Shown: positions 58,856 through 64,000 of the stretch, in pieces
Numbering within the stretch: the stretch's first letter is position 1
Layout: the number at the start of each line of letters is the position of its first letter
Virus record (IMG/VR): IMGVR_UViG_3300045988_179014
Span: 128,001 to 192,000 of that record
Strand: one strand, 5' to 3'
Length of the DNA stretch: 64,000 nt
Origin: a virus
Translations under genes and position numbers: made by a program
The notes under the pieces: generated by a model
What the model saw: the letters and a program-made list of their open reading frames with translations, nothing else
What the model was told of the DNA's origin: nothing
The model's database searches: none

Positions 58856-61800
58856 TCATTTGGAATCATCAAGTTTGCTTGCACGTTGATACAGTTCAGC
58901 CGCTTTACGACGACGACCTCGGATTTCGGCTTGTAGAGCACGAAGAGCTTTACCTGACAGGTCTGATTGTTTAGCTTCTAGTTGAGCTACTTCGCGTTTC
59001 AGTCGCTCTGATTCTGCATACAATTTTTGTGCCTCATTTAATCCCATGTTTCCTACTTCTTGACGGGGTGTCTCATTGCGTCGTGATTGTTCCAACTGTT
59101 CTGCTTTAGCTGCTTCCCGCTGGACAATCGCTTCACGTATTCTCCGCGCCTTAGCAGCTTGTTCATCCTTATTAGGGGCATGTGGTGATTTGGCCCCATT
59201 AGTTTGAGGTGTTGTGGGAGTAGCAGGAGTAGATGAGGTGGTATCAACTGGAGGCAACGGAATTTCGTCCACATGTTGCTCAAAGAATGAATCCTCTTCT
59301 GGATAATCCACTGGTGGTATGTCTTCATCCCGAGGAGCTGGAGGACGAGGAGTCATTCCACGGTCACGCAAGCTATTCTTTCGCTGCGCTTCATAAGCAT
59401 TGCGTCGATTGGAAGTGTTTGTTCGAGCTGCACGTTCAGATTCACCAGCTACAAAATCAGACTTTGTTGGAGCATCTGGGACAACCACCTGAGTTGGGTT
59501 GAATACTTCACGGTCATCTTCTTTACGTCCTAACCGCGCTTTCTGCTCTTTTTTGGTTTCAAGATTCTGAGCAATCATTTCACGGTTGATTTGCTCTTCC
59601 ACTCTTTGAACTCCACGGTCAGTCAATCCATCACCTGGACGCATATTGATGAACGCATCTCCATACGCCTTGCTCTTGATTGCAGCTTCAGCATGAGCAC
59701 GTTCAGCATCATTGAGCGCCTCCCCAGCATGGACAATCTCCTGTTCCAAACGTCTACGGTCAGCAGCTTGAGTAGCATCAAATGTACGCAACTCTTGCAA
59801 TTCATTTAGAGCAGAGGCATCTAATTTATCCATACCGGCAGCATCGATTTCTTTAGCGAGAATGCTGTCATATTCGTTCTGATAATTGGCCAAACGGTCT
59901 GTGGAAATGCCACTGGCCAATCTGCGAGCACGGTCAGAATACTGGTCTATCTGGTCTTGTAGAATAGCGGCCTTACCCATGTCACCACTATTGATAGCAA
60001 TATTCAGCTGCAACTTGCTGTCAGAGAGCAAATTCTTCAAATCTTGCAGTTGAGCAAAATCTTGCGCCTCATCATAAGCATCATTGACCGCAGAAATACG
60101 TTCAGTTTTCTCTTCCTCTGAGAAGTTTCCATTACGGATGTCACGTAGTTGAGCCACACGGTCAGCATGTGTTTTTTCACGGAAATCATCGAGTATCTGA
60201 TGCTCCATGTTGCGAACACCACGATAGTTTTCCTCAACTTGCTGTAGACGTTGGTTCTTGTCATCAGCTTGTTCATCAAATGATGCCAATGTGTCCTGAG
60301 CATCACGCAAATCAGTTTCACGTTCATCACGAGTTGTAGCAGCTGTGGTTTCCGCAGCGGCAGCATCTTGCATCTTGGCTCGCATATCCTGTTTGTTATC
60401 AACGCTATTACGGTCATACTGACGAGCAATATTGCCAACTAAGCCAGAACTGCGTTTGAGCTGACGTTTGGCGCCATCCTTGAGGCCGGAGATGGACGCA
60501 CGACGCAGCTCGCCCCAACCGCCTTTCTGGAATGGGTTTGCACCAGTTGCCACCATACCGCCAATAGCACCACCGGCACCCGCCAGTGCAAGGTTCTTCC
60601 CAAATGACCCCATATTTTCTGCACGAGAGCGTAATTTGTCCGCCATACTGCTGGACAATTGTTCACCACCCATGTTGACACGACCCACAAGGTTCATCAA
60701 TTCACGTCTGTACATGAACAATGCCATGGTAACAATAACAACGAATAACAGGGTTAGACCCATATTCGACAGATTACCCAAGATGCCACCATAAATAGCA
60801 ATTGCAACCACTAGGAACACTGCTGATGCAAGGTATTTCAAAACCGCTGCAATAACTTTTTCCAACCATCCAAATAGAATTCGTTTACCTCGACCAGGAT
60901 GTACACCTAGTAAGAAGAACAAGGCTCCAAAAGACAACAGAATAAGTGAAGAAATATAATAAATAAGCGCAAATAATGAAACCACGAAAATTATGAACGT
61001 ACCCAATACTGAAACAATAAATGACATACCAGCAACATTGATTTTTCCAATACCGCTGCTGAGGTCATTGCTCCAATGTGTCCACAGGCCTTCATCAGCC
61101 GCAGAAGCCATAATAACGCGATACCATCGAGGGTCGAAATCATTTGTAGTGAAATTGGGGTCCCCATCGGATTGCGCATTAACCGACAAATACATCTGAT
61201 ATGCCATCAAATTGCATACACGGTTTTTGTTGGGTGCATCAAGACTTAACGTGTTTCCTTGGTCATTGACAGAACCACTAGACCCCAAACTGACACAATA
61301 CATGTCAGGATTGAGGTCAGTTTCTTTCAGTTTGGCACGGAATGGACTGTCTGAAGCTTTTGTATCCAGGTCCGCGAAAGATGCCCCAAAACTGGCTTGT
61401 GTATATGGCTCCAGAACAAATGCTTTCCAGATGGAGCATGTGATAGAGTTTGCGGTCAACGACATTTGTTCGTCCAACGTGGCACCAGATGCAGCAGACA
61501 TACAAATCTTATCGGATGTTGACTCTCCTTCATTATAATCAATTTGAGTTGAGGAACCGCCCATACAATTTTGCCCATTGAATGCACCAATAACACATGT
61601 TGACACCGCATTGGACACAGCCATAGGCGCTTTTGCCAACAGAGCCGGATTCAACAAAAGAGCCAATCCAAAAATAACGGAGAGAGTAATCCATAAAGCA
61701 CCAAACAATGCTTCACGGAATTTACGTTTCACCAGTCCTAGATAAGCAACCCAGAATCCTGCTACTGTCACCACAATAACCAGCAAAGGATAGTAGATAC

Positions 61801-62539
61801 TGGATGTTAAAGCTCCAATAATACCGCCATCTGAACGACCAGTGCCACCAATCACTTTGAGTAGATTGAGACAGCTGCCATTTGGATGTGCTGGGTCAGG
61901 ACAAATAATGTTAGGGTTAAAAGCGCTGACGGCAATGAATTGAGCCACGTTGGTTACTAGTCCAGAAAGACTCATTAGCCCATCGGCAACCCATGGAAGA
62001 GCTTGCATGAAACAGTTGGACCAAGCCGACCGTGTTTTCTCCAGCTTTTCAGCATTTTTCTGATAGTACGTGTCAAAACTGGCATTGCCACCATCAAAAG
62101 TTTTCAGTATCCCGTCAGCTACTTCGGGTTTTTTCTTTGATTTGGTCCAGGGGGCGTCTTTGGCTTCGCCTTCACCTTCGTAAGCGACAAATCCTAACCC
62201 GCCACCTAAAGCTTCTTGCATTGTCCAAGTGCGACCACTGCTGTCAGGTTGTACATATCCACCCACTACTGTGTTACGCCAACCATCTTTACGGTCCATT
62301 CCTAAACCTGTTGTATAAATGCATCCAATTTCTGGACTACCTGCTTCAGCAGTATTAATTAAATTGGATTGTTTCTGTGTCAGTACACTACTGGCGAAGG
62401 GTTGTAATGCGAGTACAACAGCGAGCATAGCAAAGACACCAGCAATCAATCCTAGAAAAGGATGACGCTGATTGTGCGACACTTGAGAAGTCGCGAAATT
62501 CTCGTCAATATACGAGGAGCCGTTTGCACGCTTAATCAT
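58856..62539 (-). CDS. Giant polytopic membrane protein, paralogue C (1227 aa) with long cytoplasmic coiled-coil/Pro-rich C-terminus
   Basis: TM cluster. WKAFVLEPY and WYRVIMASAADEG blocks shared with paralogues A/B. Gly-rich AGAGGAIGGMVATG. About 450-aa charged coiled coil. Confidence 0.7.
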   Translation of the reverse strand: MIKRANGSSYIDENFATSQVSHNQRHPFLGLIAGVFAMLAVVLALQPFASSVLTQKQSNLINTAEAGSPEIGCIYTTGLGMDRKDGWRNTVVGGYVQPDSSGRTWTMQEALGGGLGFVAYEGEGEAKDAPWTKSKKKPEVADGILKTFDGGNASFDTYYQKNAEKLEKTRSAWSNCFMQALPWVADGLMSLSGLVTNVAQFIAVSAFNPNIICPDPAHPNGSCLNLLKVIGGTGRSDGGIIGALTSSIYYPLLVIVVTVAGFWVAYLGLVKRKFREALFGALWITLSVIFGLALLLNPALLAKAPMAVSNAVSTCVIGAFNGQNCMGGSSTQIDYNEGESTSDKICMSAASGATLDEQMSLTANSITCSIWKAFVLEPYTQASFGASFADLDTKASDSPFRAKLKETDLNPDMYCVSLGSSGSVNDQGNTLSLDAPNKNRVCNLMAYQMYLSVNAQSDGDPNFTTNDFDPRWYRVIMASAADEGLWTHWSNDLSSGIGKINVAGMSFIVSVLGTFIIFVVSLFALIYYISSLILLSFGALFFLLGVHPGRGKRILFGWLEKVIAAVLKYLASAVFLVVAIAIYGGILGNLSNMGLTLLFVVIVTMALFMYRRELMNLVGRVNMGGEQLSSSMADKLRSRAENMGSFGKNLALAGAGGAIGGMVATGANPFQKGGWGELRRASISGLKDGAKRQLKRSSGLVGNIARQYDRNSVDNKQDMRAKMQDAAAAETTAATTRDERETDLRDAQDTLASFDEQADDKNQRLQQVEENYRGVRNMEHQILDDFREKTHADRVAQLRDIRNGNFSEEEKTERISAVNDAYDEAQDFAQLQDLKNLLSDSKLQLNIAINSGDMGKAAILQDQIDQYSDRARRLASGISTDRLANYQNEYDSILAKEIDAAGMDKLDASALNELQELRTFDATQAADRRRLEQEIVHAGEALNDAERAHAEAAIKSKAYGDAFINMRPGDGLTDRGVQRVEEQINREMIAQNLETKKEQKARLGRKEDDREVFNPTQVVVPDAPTKSDFVAGESERAARTNTSNRRNAYEAQRKNSLRDRGMTPRPPAPRDEDIPPVDYPEEDSFFEQHVDEIPLPPVDTTSSTPATPTTPQTNGAKSPHAPNKDEQAAKARRIREAIVQREAAKAEQLEQSRRNETPRQEVGNMGLNEAQKLYAESERLKREVAQLEAKQSDLSGKALRALQAEIRGRRRKAAELYQRASKLDDSK

Positions 62540-62602
62540 CTAGTTATCCTCACGGAATTTGTCAGTTAGGAATGGTAGTAATTGGTTAGTGTCATAAAAA
62601 CG

Positions 62603-62643
62603 AAACACAGTCAATACTCGCAAGGAAAATATCGACTGTGTTT
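62603..62643 (-). terminator. Intrinsic terminator downstream of PhoH-like gene
   Basis: Stem AAACACAGTC/GACTGTGTTT with a 20-nt loop, followed in the transcript by CGUUUUUAUG. Confidence 0.55.
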
Positions 62644-62663
62644 CTTAGTTAAGGATAACAGAC

Positions 62664-64000
62664 TCAGCTTTCTAAAATCCTGGAAGCCAGCTCAGCCACC
62701 TCTGACCTTTCAGTACGCACCAAAGTAATATGTGCAAATAATTTATTAGTTTTCAAATCTTCAATAACCGACCAAATGTCAGCATGTTTCCCAGACTGTA
62801 GGAACCGGTTGTCAACTTGAGCAGCATCAAATGTCAACACTACTTTGGAATCCTGTCCAACTCGGGAAAGAATGTTCAAAATTTCGGAACGTGAGAAATT
62901 CTGCGCTTCTTCCAGAATGATAAAAGTATTGGCCAAGGAACGTCCTCGTAAATATGTGATAGGAGAAATCTCAACTATTTCACGGAATTGTTTCACTAAT
63001 GATTGTTCCGCATTGGCTAGCACATCTATGGCGTCAAAAACTGCTCCTGCCCATGCTTCCATTTTTTCATCAACATTACCTGGCAAGAATCCCATTTCTT
63101 GTCCCTGCCCCATTTCATGCAAAGAACGAAAAACAATCACTTTTTGATAATTTCCCGCCTGCCATTCATCAATAGCACTAGCAACGGCAAGTAAAGTTTT
63201 TCCAGTACCAGCGCTTCCACCCAAAGACACGATAGGGACATCACAAGCTGCTGATTTAAGATATGCCACTGCAACATCTTGCTCTTTCGTTCTGGCAACA
63301 ACTCTAGCTGCTCGGGTTTTTCGTTTCAATGGCTCCAAACGACTCCCATGAAGTACACCACTGATTAAATAATTACCTTCTACAGTAATAGTAACCAAAG
63401 CATTGTACGAATGGTTCTCGGGTAAATGAGAAAGAACGGTATTGTCTAAGTTAGTTGGAAATTGTTTACCATCATATTGTGCAAACACTGAATTAACATA
63501 TTCATCATTTGTCAAATCAATATGATACTGCCCATCAAAAGGACCTGCTCCAATAATTTGCGTAGTATTGAATTCAAATGCCTCCATTTTCAAATCCAAT
63601 GTTGCATGAAGACGCATAGGCATATCATTGGACAAAATGACTACTTTGTCTTTTTGGCTTTCTGAAACTTCTTCACGTAAATTATATGCTACAGCCAACA
63701 CCGTACTATCATTGGATTGGTCCTGAAGGTGTAAAGGTAATCGTTTCTGCACTGAATGGTTGGGTTCCACTCGCAGAAGAATATTCTTTTTTGTATCAAT
63801 TATTACACCAGTTGACAATTGAATACCATATTGTACACGTTTTTCTTCCAGTAATCGCAACCATTCACGAGCCAAGAAACCGATAGTGGTGTGAGCCCGT
63901 TTATCTTCTAATTCTGAAACAACCACTGCTGGAATTACTAGTTCACAATTTTCCAGAACGTTGAGAAGTTCAGTGCCAGCTATGAGTAGTGATGATGTAT
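62664..64000 (-). CDS. PIN-PhoH (YlaK-like) ATPase, N-terminus continues beyond window end
   Basis: PhoH core LGGSAGTGKTLLAVASAI...EMGFLPGNVDEKMEAWAGAVFDAIDVL. Upstream frame is open to position 64000 with PIN-like ...LVIPAVVVSELE. Confidence 0.8.
   Translation of the reverse strand, partial: TSSLLIAGTELLNVLENCELVIPAVVVSELEDKRAHTTIGFLAREWLRLLEEKRVQYGIQLSTGVIIDTKKNILLRVEPNHSVQKRLPLHLQDQSNDSTVLAVAYNLREEVSESQKDKVVILSNDMPMRLHATLDLKMEAFEFNTTQIIGAGPFDGQYHIDLTNDEYVNSVFAQYDGKQFPTNLDNTVLSHLPENHSYNALVTITVEGNYLISGVLHGSRLEPLKRKTRAARVVARTKEQDVAVAYLKSAACDVPIVSLGGSAGTGKTLLAVASAIDEWQAGNYQKVIVFRSLHEMGQGQEMGFLPGNVDEKMEAWAGAVFDAIDVLANAEQSLVKQFREIVEISPITYLRGRSLANTFIILEEAQNFSRSEILNILSRVGQDSKVVLTFDAAQVDNRFLQSGKHADIWSVIEDLKTNKLFAHITLVRTERSEVAELASRILES

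Noticed and set aside
1-64000. Prophage integration boundaries, integrase or att sites
   Set aside because: No tyrosine or serine recombinase motifs, no flanking tRNA, and no direct repeats at the window edges. Both edge genes continue past the window.

Overview
The window is 64 kb of a gene-dense, almost entirely minus-strand-transcribed mobile genetic element from a low/moderate-GC Gram-positive-like host. The host inference rests on GGAGG-type ribosome-binding sites, a PASTA-containing class A PBP and a lysozyme+CHAP hydrolase. No capsid, portal or terminase is recognisable, so a jumbo phage versus a phage-like megaplasmid or conjugative element cannot be decided from this window.

Recognisable modules:
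(i) A replication and recombination set: DnaN-like sliding clamp, DnaB helicase, a DnaC/DnaI-like loader with a degenerate P-loop, RecA, SSB with an acidic DDIPF-type tail, two HU-family proteins, and an SbcC/Rad50-like ATPase with a CPTC zinc hook but no SbcD.
(ii) An RNA-repair-like cassette: a DraRnl/Rnl5-like ligase (KVDGSS), an HD phosphohydrolase, an HNH endonuclease, and an Rnl1-like ligase (KMDGSM, VKIK).
(iii) A MoxR-type AAA+ ATPase and a zincin(HExxH)-VWA protein flanking recA.
(iv) Two or three sigma-70-family factors.
(v) A class A PBP with transglycosylase, transpeptidase and PASTA domains.
(vi) An envelope module: three paralogous polytopic membrane proteins of more than 1000 aa, a VirB11/CpaF-type secretion ATPase, a lysozyme+CHAP peptidoglycan hydrolase, and secreted or bitopic proteins.
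(vii) A PIN-PhoH (YlaK-like) protein, a GNAT acetyltransferase, a ParB-like nuclease protein that is the only plus-strand gene, and a BI-1-like membrane protein.

A dispersed intergenic element of about 110-150 bp (hairpin plus T-run plus conserved box) recurs three times, and several strong hairpin terminators are visible. ORF coordinates follow the supplied track and include the stop codon. Start codons were refined where a GGAGG-type SD identifies an internal ATG.
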